Assembly: GCA_965203175.1 (NCBI GenBank)
Contig: OZ241867.1
Coordinates: 2,304,001 to 2,368,000 of the forward strand
Reading direction: 5' to 3'
Source of the DNA: Candidatus Latescibacterota bacterium
GTDB lineage: Bacteria; Latescibacterota; UBA2968; UBA8231
DNA length: 64,000 bases
The translations under genes were made by a program, and so were the position numbers. Below, piece by piece: positions 10,180 through 20,486 of this stretch. A model generated the notes under the pieces. The model did not search any database. It saw only the letters and a list, made by a program, of their open reading frames with translations, and was not told the DNA's origin. Each line of letters opens with the position of its first letter. Within the stretch, counting starts at the first letter, position 1.

Positions 10180-11319
10180 TCAATCCCACCACACTTCACC
10201 GGGAACCAGATGGGCGCGCAGCAGCTCTTCGTTTAACTCCACCCCGATCCCCGGCCGGTCGGGCACAGTGATGTACCCGCGATCGACTACAGGGCCGCCC
10301 CAATCCAGCGCGATATCGTCCCACCAAGGACAGTCGAGACCGTGGTGTTCCAGCGCTAGGAAATTCGGCGCGTTGGCGCACACGTGCGCCGAAGCTACGG
10401 TACCCACGGGCGTGCAGATGTTGTGCGGGGCAAAGGCCAGCGAATGCAATTCGCACAACTCGGCCACCTTTTTGCCTTCCTGCACCCCGCCGAAACGAGG
10501 GATGTCGGGCGTGATAATATCCGCAGCCCGGTCTTCGATCATGGGTCTGAGCCCATGGCTCATCCAGTGATTTTCACCACAGGCAATGGGCACGGAGGTG
10601 TGGTCGGTCACGTACTTTAGGGCGTCGAGATTTTCCGGAGGGGTCGGATCTTCGAGCCACAGGATGTCGATGTCCTCCAGCCTCCGGGCCACCCTGAGCG
10701 CGTCCGCCGGTTGGTAACTCCAGTGCATATCTAGGCATAGCTCGACATCGGCGGGCAGAGCCTCGTAGGCTGCGTGGCTGACGGCGCTCATGTACTCGAC
10801 TTCGGTCCTGGACAGGGCGCGGTTGTGGTGATCCTTGCGGTACTCTTCTGGAGCGCTGTTGTCGATATCGACCTTGACGACGGTGTACCCGGCTTCGACC
10901 CGCTGGCGCACTCCGTCGGCATAGGCTTCGGGCGATTGGTCGCCGGGCCGGGCCGTGTCGGCGTAGATGCGCACCCGATCCCGGTACTTGCCGCCGAGCA
11001 ACTGCCACAAGGGCAGGCCCGTCATCTTGCCGTGCAGGTCCCACAGCGCCAGTTCAACCCCCGACAAGGCCAGCACAATACTTCCTCCCGAGGACCCGGC
11101 GCCGATCAGGCCGCGGTAGATCTTTTGCGCCAGCCGGACCGGGTGGCGGGGATCTTCGCCGACGAGCAGTTTTTCAATGGTCTTGAGGATGTCCCGCACG
11201 CCAATGGGCAACTGCGCTTCGCCAATGCCGCAGATTCCCTCATCCGTTTCCACCTTGACCAGCGTCCACGTCCAGGGAATGCCCTGTATCATGACAGATT
11301 TAATCCCTGTGATTTTCAC
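10180..11319 (-). CDS. Mandelate racemase/muconate lactonizing enzyme family (dehydratase-like)
   Basis: VETDEGICGIGE, ALWDLHGK, LLGGKYRD, KVD, LDMH, WLEDP, ACGEN. Confidence 0.92.
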   Translation of the reverse strand: MKITGIKSVMIQGIPWTWTLVKVETDEGICGIGEAQLPIGVRDILKTIEKLLVGEDPRHPVRLAQKIYRGLIGAGSSGGSIVLALSGVELALWDLHGKMTGLPLWQLLGGKYRDRVRIYADTARPGDQSPEAYADGVRQRVEAGYTVVKVDIDNSAPEEYRKDHHNRALSRTEVEYMSAVSHAAYEALPADVELCLDMHWSYQPADALRVARRLEDIDILWLEDPTPPENLDALKYVTDHTSVPIACGENHWMSHGLRPMIEDRAADIITPDIPRFGGVQEGKKVAELCELHSLAFAPHNICTPVGTVASAHVCANAPNFLALEHHGLDCPWWDDIALDWGGPVVDRGYITVPDRPGIGVELNEELLRAHLVPGEVWWD

Positions 11320-11362
11320 GTAGGCAGCGCTCCTCTGAGAGAGTTATTTTCCCTGACGGCTT

Positions 11363-12349
11363 CTAAGTGCGCAGTGCCCGTTCGAGGTCGAGACGACCGG
11401 ACTCTAGGGCGGTGCGGAAGACTTCGATTGTATCTCGGACTCCTTGGACCAGCGACCGGTACTGAAGAGGTCCGAGGGCTTGGTTCAGAGCGCTGTCATC
11501 GGCGCTCGAGGGATGTGGCAGCGGCGTTGGGTCGAATCCAATCTTGCCCGCCGACTCGGGGATAACCTCCTCGATTGCAGCGACGATTTGGGCCATGGAG
11601 ACCGTGCTGCCGCCTAGATTGTACACTGGGGCACCTTCCAGCTTGGTCCTGGCCGCGGCGATAAAGGCGGTGGCGACATCATCGGCGTGGTGATAGACGA
11701 GGGTGCCGCCGTAGGTGATTTCGTACTCGCGACCGAGCGCGGCGGCTAGCATAGCCTTGGTCGGGGTGGAGGTCCAGCCTTGGTCGCGACCCGGTCCGTA
11801 CACCACGCACGGACGCAGACCAATGCTGTGGACCGACTGCTCCCGCCAATAGACCTGAGCCGTGCCCTCGTTGCACTGCTTGAACACTCCGTAGAGAGTC
11901 GGAGGCAGCAACGGAGCGTCGTGGGCAATCGGCCCCGGAGGGTACGCTTCCGGATCGCCGTACACCCCAAACGAGCTTGCAAAGACCAAGTTCTGAATCT
12001 GGTCGCGATGACGCGCAGCCGTTTCTAAGACGACGGTGCTCCCCACAACGTTTACCTTGGCTCCGCGCACTGGATCGGCCCGAACTAAGGGCACCTGCAT
12101 GGCTGCCAAGTGCAGGATATGAGTAATACCGCATTCGACCACGACGCGCTCGAACTCGTCCAGATTCGCGATGTCGCCCTCGAGCAGTCGCACTTGGTCC
12201 AGTTCTTCGTCCGTCATGATCATCCGCAATCGATAGGGATCGCCGCCCAGATCGTAGGTCCACACCGGTATCTCCTCGCGGACTAACCGACGAACCGCCC
12301 ATGCACCCACGCAGCCGAGCGCACCTGTCACCAAATACCGCTCATTCAT
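11363..12349 (-). CDS. NAD-dependent epimerase/dehydratase
   Basis: LVTGALGCVG, ASS, YGVFK, VYGPG. Confidence 0.92.
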   Translation of the reverse strand: MNERYLVTGALGCVGAWAVRRLVREEIPVWTYDLGGDPYRLRMIMTDEELDQVRLLEGDIANLDEFERVVVECGITHILHLAAMQVPLVRADPVRGAKVNVVGSTVVLETAARHRDQIQNLVFASSFGVYGDPEAYPPGPIAHDAPLLPPTLYGVFKQCNEGTAQVYWREQSVHSIGLRPCVVYGPGRDQGWTSTPTKAMLAAALGREYEITYGGTLVYHHADDVATAFIAAARTKLEGAPVYNLGGSTVSMAQIVAAIEEVIPESAGKIGFDPTPLPHPSSADDSALNQALGPLQYRSLVQGVRDTIEVFRTALESGRLDLERALRT

Positions 12350-12490
12350 ATATCGCCTTCGTGTGAAAGATAAATACGATTTTTTATTGCCCTGCAGATA
12401 ACATATTGCGTTTCATCTAGCGGTCAATCCACGAGTAGCTGAACGAGTCGAGGAGTATGCCAAAGCAGAAGTCGCAGGACAATGCGGCTG

Positions 12491-13831
12491 TCACGTCGTT
12501 GTTGTCCGGCTCAGCCGGTCGAGGACATTGCGAGTGATTTGGGCGACGGTTCCGTCTCCTTTAAGCCCGTGCGACCAGTCGGTTGTCCCGGCCGTGAACA
12601 CCGTGCCGCCGCGAGTATAAAGGCCCATGACTGCGGCACCTTCCCGGTCTTTTTCCCAGCGCTCGTACCACTCGCTGTCGTCTGAGTGCCATCGCGCAGG
12701 GGCGGTGCACAAGATGGTGAAGTCCGCTGGAGTGCCATAGGTCCCCTTGGGTACCGGCAGTCCATCTTCCAGCGCGAACTCGCAGCCGTCGCACTCGTAG
12801 CCGACGATGGTGTGCTCGCCTCCGAAGGTGTCGTCGCGCTGCAAGTCCGTTCCTGCGAAAACCCAGTGTTCCGGGCGATGGACTGTAAACGCCCCAGACC
12901 CGTCCATGTATTGGCCGTGGCTTAAGTGATAACCCCCGTAGAGGAAGCCGACGCCGGTCAGCTCGTTTTCCGGTCGGCTCACGAGGTGGTGGCTCCACAA
13001 GGTCGAAAGGTCCGCGTAGTCGCCAGCGGCGTAGGCTGGGTCCATGTTGAACTGTTGCTTCCAGCACACTAACGCTCGGCCCTCGTCCTCGCTGCGCACC
13101 CGCCAGCACACAGAGTTGCCGCTGAAAAATGCGGCGTTGCCCCCGGCGGCGATGTAGGCTTCGAGATGGTCGCGCATGGGTGCCGACCAGTATTCATCAT
13201 GCCCCACGCTGAGTACGAGCTGGTAGTTGTCCAACAGTTCGGGATGCCATTCGAGGTCGGAATTGGCGCAGTAGTCGAGCGCGTATCCAGCGCCCTCCGC
13301 CCACTCGACAAAGTCGCGCTCCCAGTGGTCGAACAGCCCGGCCAGCGGACGGTCGAAGGAGACGCGATGCCCCTGCAAGCCGCCGCGGCCGTGGTAGCTG
13401 TAGAGGCTGTAGCCGCCCCAGTTGTTGTAGGCACTGTAGGTGTTGGTGGCTAGCTGGAGGAGGATGCGAGCGTCCGTGGGGCCAGCCGGGCGGACGATGA
13501 AAAAGCCCCGGCTCTCGGCCGTGCGCCGTCCCCGCCGCACGAACTTGCCACCTTGGTCCCCGACGCGCAGCGCAAACTCGTAATACCCACTGCGCCAGTC
13601 GTCCGGCACTTCCAAGGAGTGGGAAATCGGCCAGCCGCAGCCGTTAGACGAAGCGTCTTCGGGCACTGGATGAGACGATCCGGGGAGTTGGTCCTGTTGC
13701 CATACGACTTCGCGCTCGGCACCTATCCGCGTCACTTCCAGCGCGTACTCGTCCGCACTGGTGGACACGTAGAAGCGCACCTGTTCGCCGGCTTGGTAGC
13801 TGAGTTGGTCGGTGTAGCCTTCGACGAACAT
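12491..13831 (-). CDS. N,N-dimethylformamidase beta-subunit-like (DUF6605-type) protein
   Basis: EGYTDQLSY, TYSAYNNWGGYSLY, VSFDRP, VGHDEYWS, GYECDG. Confidence 0.8.
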   Translation of the reverse strand: MFVEGYTDQLSYQAGEQVRFYVSTSADEYALEVTRIGAEREVVWQQDQLPGSSHPVPEDASSNGCGWPISHSLEVPDDWRSGYYEFALRVGDQGGKFVRRGRRTAESRGFFIVRPAGPTDARILLQLATNTYSAYNNWGGYSLYSYHGRGGLQGHRVSFDRPLAGLFDHWERDFVEWAEGAGYALDYCANSDLEWHPELLDNYQLVLSVGHDEYWSAPMRDHLEAYIAAGGNAAFFSGNSVCWRVRSEDEGRALVCWKQQFNMDPAYAAGDYADLSTLWSHHLVSRPENELTGVGFLYGGYHLSHGQYMDGSGAFTVHRPEHWVFAGTDLQRDDTFGGEHTIVGYECDGCEFALEDGLPVPKGTYGTPADFTILCTAPARWHSDDSEWYERWEKDREGAAVMGLYTRGGTVFTAGTTDWSHGLKGDGTVAQITRNVLDRLSRTTTT

Positions 13832-15600
13832 TATCCTGGGTACTCCACTTCTACTACGCGTTCGTCTAACTCGCGTTGCAACTCCTCCACTTGTTCTACT
13901 ATGTACTCTACCGCCTGCTCTACTGGCGTTTCACGCCGCTCTTTTTCGCGCCGCAGTTTGACCTCGACAATCCCCTGCTGCAAACCGCGATCCCCCACCG
14001 TCACCCGCACCGGTATTCCTATCAGGTCGGCGTCGTTGAACTTGACCCCTGGGTTTTCTCGGCGGTCGTCGAGGAGGACTTCAATACCGCGCGCTGCGAG
14101 GCTGTCGTAGAGTTGCGCGCCCACGTCTTGTGCTGCGCCTGCGCCCTTGGCGAGGAGGACGATGTGGACCTGGTAGGGCGCGACGGCAATGGGCCACACC
14201 AAGCCGTCTTCGTCGTGGTACTCTTCGGCGATACAGGCCAGCAGCCGCCCTACGCCGATTCCGTAGGAACCCATGACGACTGGCTGTGCCTTGCCCTCGG
14301 CGTCGAGGAAATCACCGCCCAGTGCCTCGGTGAATTTGGTGCCGAGTTGGAAGATGTTGCCCACTTCCACTCCGCGCGATTCGCGCAGCGCCGCGCCGCA
14401 GTCAGGGCAGCAATCGCCTTGTCGGGCGGCGGCGATGTCGGCAACCACGTTGGCCGTGTAGTCGCGGCCGTGGTTTACATTGGCGAGGTGGTAGCCCGGC
14501 TCGTTGGCACCGGCTACTAGATTGGGCGAGGACGCCACGGAGTCATCGACGACGACTAGGGCTCCCTCGACGCCGATGGGCGATCCATAGCCCGGCTCGA
14601 CGCCGACGCCGCGTATTTCCTCGTCCCGCGCCGGCCACATTTCGAGTGCGCCGACCGCGTTGGCCAGCTTGGTCTCGTTGACTTCCATGTCGCCGCGTAT
14701 GACTGCCAGTACAAACGCATCCTCCTTGTCCCGACCGTCGCCGACCGTGGCCATCAGGAAGAGGGCTTTGGCAGTCTTATTCGCGGGGATGTCGAGCAGC
14801 GCAGTCAGTTCCTCGATGGTCGTGGTGTTGGGCGTGGCGATTTTCTCGGGCGCGGCGGGCTCTTCTTCCGGGTTGGCCTGTTTGGCGAAGGTGGCGATTT
14901 GGCGGTTGGCCGAGTACTCGCAGCCGTCGCACAACAGCAGGGTGTCTTCGCCAATCGGCGTCAGGTACATGTATTCGTGGGCTAGCTCGCCGCCCATCAT
15001 CCCAGTGTCTGAGCGCACCGCGAGGACGTCGAGGCCGCAGCGATGGAAGATGTTGAAATACTGCTGGTAATGGGCGCGGTATTGCTTTTCGAGGCCCTCC
15101 CAGTCGGCGTCGAGGCTGTAGGAATCCTTCATGGTGAACTCGCGCACCCGGATAAGGCCCGAGCGGGGGCGGGGATCGTCGCGCCACTTGGTCTGGATAT
15201 GATAGACTAACTGGGGCAGTTGCTTGTAGGATTTGATCTCGCGGCTGACTAGGTCGGCTACGACTTCCTCATGGGTCATGGCCAGCACCATGTCGCGCTC
15301 GTTTTTGTCTTGGAAGCGCCCCATCTCCGTGCCGACTGCGTACCAACGCCCCGTCTGCTGCCAGAGTTCGGCCGGATGCACCACCGGCATGGTGATTTCC
15401 TGGCCGCCGATGGCGTCTATCTCTTGGCGGATAATGTCCTCGATCTTGCGCATCGACCGCTGCGCTAGGGGCAAATAGCTGAAGATGCCGCTGGCCAGTG
15501 GGCGGATAAAGCCAGCCCGCAACAAGAGCTGGTGGCTGACCACCTCCACGTCGGCGGTGACGTCGCGCAAGGTCTGGCTGAAAAGCCGACTCATTCGCAT
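13831..15600 (-). CDS. proS: Proline--tRNA ligase
   Basis: MRMSRLFSQTLR, SHQLLLRAG, THEEV, RVREFTMKDSYS, EVGNIFQLG, GSYGIGVGR. Confidence 0.98.
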   Translation of the reverse strand: MRMSRLFSQTLRDVTADVEVVSHQLLLRAGFIRPLASGIFSYLPLAQRSMRKIEDIIRQEIDAIGGQEITMPVVHPAELWQQTGRWYAVGTEMGRFQDKNERDMVLAMTHEEVVADLVSREIKSYKQLPQLVYHIQTKWRDDPRPRSGLIRVREFTMKDSYSLDADWEGLEKQYRAHYQQYFNIFHRCGLDVLAVRSDTGMMGGELAHEYMYLTPIGEDTLLLCDGCEYSANRQIATFAKQANPEEEPAAPEKIATPNTTTIEELTALLDIPANKTAKALFLMATVGDGRDKEDAFVLAVIRGDMEVNETKLANAVGALEMWPARDEEIRGVGVEPGYGSPIGVEGALVVVDDSVASSPNLVAGANEPGYHLANVNHGRDYTANVVADIAAARQGDCCPDCGAALRESRGVEVGNIFQLGTKFTEALGGDFLDAEGKAQPVVMGSYGIGVGRLLACIAEEYHDEDGLVWPIAVAPYQVHIVLLAKGAGAAQDVGAQLYDSLAARGIEVLLDDRRENPGVKFNDADLIGIPVRVTVGDRGLQQGIVEVKLRREKERRETPVEQAVEYIVEQVEELQRELDERVVEVEYPG

Positions 15601-15740
15601 GTTGGGTTTCCTTTCTTCCTTGATTTTGTTTCGGTGCGTCGGCACATTCTCCATAAAATAACGCAGCACACAGATAATAAAAACCCATCAATCCCCAATG
15701 GAATGCTCTAGGCTATAATTTGAATCTTTGCCGAATTGTG

Positions 15741-15772
15741 GACTTGATTTGCATAGTCATATTGACTATAAT
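15741..15772 (+). promoter_or_regulatory. sigma70 promoter with C-box-like operator
   Basis: TTGATT(15744)-17-TATAAT(15767); palindrome ATAGTCA-TAT-TGACTAT (15753-15769) overlaps the spacer and -10. Confidence 0.75.
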
Positions 15773-15781
15773 ATATTCAAG

Positions 15782-16042
15782 ATGAAATACATGAATCTCA
15801 ATACCTTGGGCAAGCTCGCTAGAGAGGTCCGGGAAAAGGCCGGACTAAATCAAGCAGAAGCTGCCAAAAAAATTGGCTCAACCCAATCGAATGTAAGTGC
15901 CGCTGAACGGGGCAGTGGGACGCGATATATAAGTGTTGCCATTGGTATTATTGAGAAAATCGGCAACCAACCTCTGGAGGGACCGTTTTATGCTGTTCGT
16001 GAAGAGTCAGCAGAATATAACGCCCGAAAAGACAGTAGCTGA
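15782..16042 (+). CDS. Xre-family HTH controller protein of R-M system
   Basis: REVREKAGLNQAEAAKKIGSTQSNVSAAERG. Confidence 0.85.
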   Translation: MKYMNLNTLGKLAREVREKAGLNQAEAAKKIGSTQSNVSAAERGSGTRYISVAIGIIEKIGNQPLEGPFYAVREESAEYNARKDSS

Positions 16043-17162
16043 CTTTTTTGCCGGAATTGGCTTAGTAGAATTAGGGCTGGAAAAAGCTGGTTGGTCAACT
16101 ATTTACTCCGTTGACTACAGCGATGAAAAACGCCAGCTCTACGAAGGACATTTTGGCCAAGGGGCTTACCATCTGCGAGACATTAAAACAGTTGACGGAG
16201 AGGATATACCTTCTGTTACCCTTGCCCATGCTTCATTTCCTTGCACTGATGTATCCGTTGCGGGCGGCAGAGAAGGTTTATCTGGAAAAGAAACGTCTTC
16301 ATTTTGGGAATTTGTAAGAATTCTGGAAGAAATGAAAATAAAGCATCCTCCCCCATTTATCCTACTTGAGAACGTGGAGGGTATGCTTACATCTAAGGGA
16401 GGGCACGACCTTGAAATAGCCCTTTCTGCTTTGTGCGAACTAGGCTATGCGCTCGATATACTGCTTATCAATGCCTCTCACTTTGTGCCCCAGAGCAGAG
16501 TCAGGCTCTTTATTATCGGCAACCTTCTGGCTGGCCACCAAGATATTTTAGAGCAAGAGATCATTCTTCAGCAGAAAAATACTGCTCGTCCTCCAAGAAT
16601 TACTAATTTCATCCGTTCACATTCAGACTTAACGTGGCATCTGTATTCTTTGCCGCAACTGCCTAGGCGTTCCTCTGATCTCGCTGATATTGTAGATCCC
16701 AACGAAAAATGGTGGCCTGAAGATCGGTCGTCCTATTTGTACAATCAGATGTTTGAACGGCATCAAAAGAAGGTACACGAAATGATGGACAAACCATTTT
16801 GGTCTTACGGAACTGTATTCAGGCGCATGCGAATGCGCGATGGTAAGAAACAGTCCACCGCTGAACTGAGGACGGATGGTATTGCGGGATGTCTCCGCAC
16901 GCCCAAGGGAGGTAGTGCGCGACAAATTTTACTCAGAGCAGGAAAAGGTCGATTTGATGCCCGTCTACTAAGTGGTAGAGAGAATGCACGCTTGATGGGG
17001 GCTGATGATTATGTTCTTGGCCCACACCTTGAGTCTAATCAAATGCTGTTTGGATTCGGCGATGCTGTCTGCGTACCCGTGATTGAGTGGATAACAAAAG
17101 AAATCTTCAATCCAGCCTTTGATGAAGCATTCAACACTGCTACCATGCCTACTTACCAGTAG
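15990..17162 (+). CDS. DNA (cytosine-5)-methyltransferase
   Basis: FFAGIG (motif I), SFPC (IV), ENV (VI), QSRVR (VIII), GDAVCVPV (X); GGAGG RBS before ATG 15990. Confidence 0.95.
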   Translation: MLFVKSQQNITPEKTVADFFAGIGLVELGLEKAGWSTIYSVDYSDEKRQLYEGHFGQGAYHLRDIKTVDGEDIPSVTLAHASFPCTDVSVAGGREGLSGKETSSFWEFVRILEEMKIKHPPPFILLENVEGMLTSKGGHDLEIALSALCELGYALDILLINASHFVPQSRVRLFIIGNLLAGHQDILEQEIILQQKNTARPPRITNFIRSHSDLTWHLYSLPQLPRRSSDLADIVDPNEKWWPEDRSSYLYNQMFERHQKKVHEMMDKPFWSYGTVFRRMRMRDGKKQSTAELRTDGIAGCLRTPKGGSARQILLRAGKGRFDARLLSGRENARLMGADDYVLGPHLESNQMLFGFGDAVCVPVIEWITKEIFNPAFDEAFNTATMPTYQ

Positions 17163-17192
17163 TATGATAGACGAGTGAGCGATAATTTATTC

Positions 17193-17699
17193 TTATACCA
17201 ATACACCATCTTCGATCTGTACGATAACCTGCCCTAACTCTTCTATTAACCCAAAAGCAATGCTCTTGCGATACCGCTGCCGAGGAGTTTCTCCTGAATA
17301 GTTTTCAAGCAGACCTGCACGCCAGCTCTCAAATTCGGTAGCCAGAGCCTCGCCTGTTACAAGACGCACAGTCACATTTTTATAATCACTTGAGTATGAG
17401 ATGAAGATATGATCGACCCTCATATCTTCATCCAACTTTGAAGTGCCTGTATTAAGATGGTACTGGTACTCAAAGCTACTCCCTTCAGTTGCAGATTTGA
17501 CTTCATAATTTTCCAAGTCCGCACCGTAACCGGGTGTGCCTTTTGAGCCTGTTAGGATGGAGCCAAATAACTCCCAATCAATAGATGGGACGCTACCAGC
17601 AACAGGTAGTTGATGCTCCTCAAGTAGTTCAAACCGCTCAGTACGGTTGATATGCTCGAAGTAGTATTGGTAAGCGCCTTTGATATTTAGCTGTTGCAT
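17193..17699 (-). CDS. Putative small type II restriction endonuclease (PD-(D/E)xK)
   Basis: GADLENYEVKS motif; AT-rich; convergent with the C5 MTase. Confidence 0.65.
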   Translation of the reverse strand: MQQLNIKGAYQYYFEHINRTERFELLEEHQLPVAGSVPSIDWELFGSILTGSKGTPGYGADLENYEVKSATEGSSFEYQYHLNTGTSKLDEDMRVDHIFISYSSDYKNVTVRLVTGEALATEFESWRAGLLENYSGETPRQRYRKSIAFGLIEELGQVIVQIEDGVLV

Positions 17700-17780
17700 A
17701 ATAATCCGAAACGGCGTTGGTGCATGAATTTTTTAAAGGTGCGTCCAAGACGCCTTCGATTAGCCTCTAGCCATGTAGCG

Positions 17781-18491
17781 TCACGTTTTTTGGCGAGCCA
17801 CCGCGCGCATCGCCCGATACATGCACGACAGGGACACCAGCACCCAAATCAAGGCGATCAGATACGCCAGATAGGGCACCTGCAATGGATCTATTCCCCA
17901 ATAGGCCGACAATATCCCGGCGTCCGTCCGCTCAGGAAAATACCACAGGTCGGTGCGGAAGTCGTAGAGACTGTACAGGCACAGCATCACCCCCATCCAC
18001 ACCGCGCCGATGCTCGCCATCCGCCGCGACTTGCAGGCCATGATGCACAGGATCAGTCCGCCGCCGATCCCCAACACAAAATCAACGCTCCCCTCTTCCA
18101 GCGGCGTGTAGATCAGAGTCATCCCCGCGCAGGCCGCGCCAATGCACAGCAACACCAAACGCTGTGCCTGCGGATAAAGCGAGGTGTACATCAACAACGC
18201 CCCCCACAGCGCCGACCCTACGTAGCCTGCCGCGCTAATCAGCGGGAAGAAACCCCCCTTGGTCAGGGTGTGTCCGGACTCGTCCCAATGGGTGCGGATT
18301 TCGAGGACTTCTCCGCCGGTGATCAGGGCCGCTGCCGCGTGATTGACCTCGTGCACCAGCACCACGAAGAAGCGGAACGGCTTGATCAACGCGGTGTCCC
18401 AAAAGGTCAGTGCTAGCCCTGTGCAAAGGAGATAGTAGCGAAATTGCCAGAAGACCTCGGCGATGTAGCGGATGCGGCGGAACATGGCCAC
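17781..18491 (-). CDS. M50B family membrane metallopeptidase
   Basis: VHEVNHAAAA, AGYVGS, TDA; multiple TM segments. Confidence 0.88.
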   Translation of the reverse strand: MAMFRRIRYIAEVFWQFRYYLLCTGLALTFWDTALIKPFRFFVVLVHEVNHAAAALITGGEVLEIRTHWDESGHTLTKGGFFPLISAAGYVGSALWGALLMYTSLYPQAQRLVLLCIGAACAGMTLIYTPLEEGSVDFVLGIGGGLILCIMACKSRRMASIGAVWMGVMLCLYSLYDFRTDLWYFPERTDAGILSAYWGIDPLQVPYLAYLIALIWVLVSLSCMYRAMRAVARQKT

Positions 18492-20404
18492 TAGTCACTG
18501 ATCTCAGCGCTGATCAGCGCGACGACCTCGGCTAGCGGGAGCGGGTCGAGCTGTTCGCCGGATCGCTGCCGGATTGCCACCTTGCCCTCTTCGATTTCGC
18601 GGTCCCCGGCGATCAGCATGTAGGGCACCTTCTGCGTCTGCGCTTGGCGGATGCGCTTGTTGAGGGTCTCGCTGGCCGCGTCGAGTTCGGCGCGGATTCC
18701 AGCGGCGAGAAGCTGCTGGTGGAGTTGGCTCCCGTACTCGGCGTGGCGCTCGGCAATGGGCAAAACCACCGCTTGCACGGGTGCCAACCACACTGGGAAC
18801 GCGCCGGCGTAGTGTTCGATCAAGAAGCCGATAAAGCGCTCGTGCGTGCCCAGCGGCGCGCGGTGGATGCAGATGGGCGTCTCCTCTTCGCCCGCCGCAT
18901 TGGTGTACGTCAAGCCGAAGCGGCCGGGCACGGCAAAATCGACTTGATTGGTGGCGATTGTAAACTGCCGCCCGATGGCGCTCCAAACTTCGACGTCGAT
19001 CTTGGGGCCGTAGAAGGCGGCCTCGTCGGGCACCTCTTCGTAGTTGATCCCGCCCCGCGCCATGGCGCCGCGCACCATGTCCTCGGTGCGGAGCCACCGC
19101 TCGGAGTCATCGACGTACTTGGCCCCTAGGCCCGATGGTGCGTGGGTGCTCAAGCGCATCAGGTAATTCTCTAGGCCGAACAGCTCGAAATAGCGCAGGT
19201 ACATCTGACAGACGGCGAGGAATTCCTCCTCGAATTGGTCGAGCGTGCAGTATATGTGCGCGTCGTTCATCTGCAACGAGCGCACCCGCATCAAGCCGAA
19301 CAGTTCGCCCGATTGCTCGTAGCGATAGCACGTGCCATACTCAGCCAAACGCAAAGGTAAGTCGCGGTACGAGCGCGGGGAGGCGGCAAAAATTTTGTGG
19401 TGGTGGGGGCAGTTCATGGGCTTGAGGTAGTACTTGACCCCCTCCAACTCCATGGGTGGGAACATGGACTCGGCGTAGTACGGCAAGTGGCCGCTGCGCA
19501 GATATATGGACTCCTTGCAGATGTGCGGCGTGCGCACGCGCTGATAGCCGGCCTCTTGCTCGGTCTTGCGGGCCAAGTCCTCTAACTCGTCGATGAGCAC
19601 CGCTCCCTTGGGAAGCCACAGGGGCAATCCCGGTCCCACTTCGTCGTCAAAGGTGAACAGTTCCAGTTGTTTGCCCAGCGTGCGGTGGTCGCGCTTTTTG
19701 GCCTCTTTCAGCATTGCCAGATGGTGGTCGAGGGCCTCGCGAGTGGCAAAGGCCGTGCCGTAGATCCGCTGCAACATCTTGCGGCTCTCGTCGCCGCGCC
19801 AGTAGGCTCCAGCTACGCTCAGGAGCTTGAAGTGTTTGACTTGTCCGGTGCCGAGCATGTGCGGCCCCCGGCACAGGTCGACGAACTCGCCGTCTTTGTA
19901 AAAGGATAAGGTCTGATCTTCTTCCAAGTCGGCGAGGATTTCCTGTTTGTAGGGAGCGTTGGCGACCATCTCCTCCGCCTCTTGGCGCGCAACATCGATT
20001 CGCTCGAATTTGTGGTTTTGCTTGACGACCCGCTTCATCTCGCGCTCGATCTTTTGCAAGTCTTCGGGCGTAAAAGGCTCGGCCACGTCGAAGTCGTAGT
20101 AGAAGCCGTCGTCAATGGCTGGGCCGATGGCCAGTTGTGCGTCCGGGAAGAGGCGCAGCACGGCCTGCGCCAACACGTGCGACATGCTGTGGCGGTAGAT
20201 CCAGGCGGCCTCGTCTGCATCCCAGGCAATGAGTTCGACTTCCGCCTCGCTGGTGAGGTGGGTGTGGAAGTCCACGTGCTCGTCGCCGGCGCGGGCGGCA
20301 ATGTATTGCTTTAACAATTCCTTGTTCTCTTGGACGAGGATCTCCTTGAGCGTACCCTCGCCGGGGTATTCGATGGCTTGTCCTTGGGGGACTTTGATCA
20401 GCAT
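18491..20404 (-). CDS. thrS: Threonine--tRNA ligase
   Basis: RHSMSHVLA, DLCRGPH, RDHRTLG, KPMNCPHH, AAFYGPKID, IHRAPLGTHERF; AGGAG RBS. Confidence 0.98.
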   Translation of the reverse strand: MLIKVPQGQAIEYPGEGTLKEILVQENKELLKQYIAARAGDEHVDFHTHLTSEAEVELIAWDADEAAWIYRHSMSHVLAQAVLRLFPDAQLAIGPAIDDGFYYDFDVAEPFTPEDLQKIEREMKRVVKQNHKFERIDVARQEAEEMVANAPYKQEILADLEEDQTLSFYKDGEFVDLCRGPHMLGTGQVKHFKLLSVAGAYWRGDESRKMLQRIYGTAFATREALDHHLAMLKEAKKRDHRTLGKQLELFTFDDEVGPGLPLWLPKGAVLIDELEDLARKTEQEAGYQRVRTPHICKESIYLRSGHLPYYAESMFPPMELEGVKYYLKPMNCPHHHKIFAASPRSYRDLPLRLAEYGTCYRYEQSGELFGLMRVRSLQMNDAHIYCTLDQFEEEFLAVCQMYLRYFELFGLENYLMRLSTHAPSGLGAKYVDDSERWLRTEDMVRGAMARGGINYEEVPDEAAFYGPKIDVEVWSAIGRQFTIATNQVDFAVPGRFGLTYTNAAGEEETPICIHRAPLGTHERFIGFLIEHYAGAFPVWLAPVQAVVLPIAERHAEYGSQLHQQLLAAGIRAELDAASETLNKRIRQAQTQKVPYMLIAGDREIEEGKVAIRQRSGEQLDPLPLAEVVALISAEISD

Positions 20405-20422
20405 GACGCGCTCCTTGGCATG

Positions 20423-20456
20423 AAAAACCCCGCTGTCATTGTAGCCGACAGCGGGG
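20423..20456 (-). terminator. Intrinsic terminator of thrS attenuator
   Basis: CCCCGCTGTC-9 nt loop-GACAGCGGGG-TTTTT, about 20 nt before the thrS start. Confidence 0.85.
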
Positions 20457-20486
20457 AGGGGTTGCAAAATAAACTTTAGTCCGTCG

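Noticed and set aside
15601-15727. T-box or Pro-rich leader for proS
   Set aside because: No T-box motif, Pro run or terminator found; it may be a remnant of another gene but is unidentifiable
15975-16042. Programmed frameshift fusing HTH to MTase (SsoII-like)
   Set aside because: The MTase has its own GGAGG RBS and ATG; only a short T run and no stimulatory element seen
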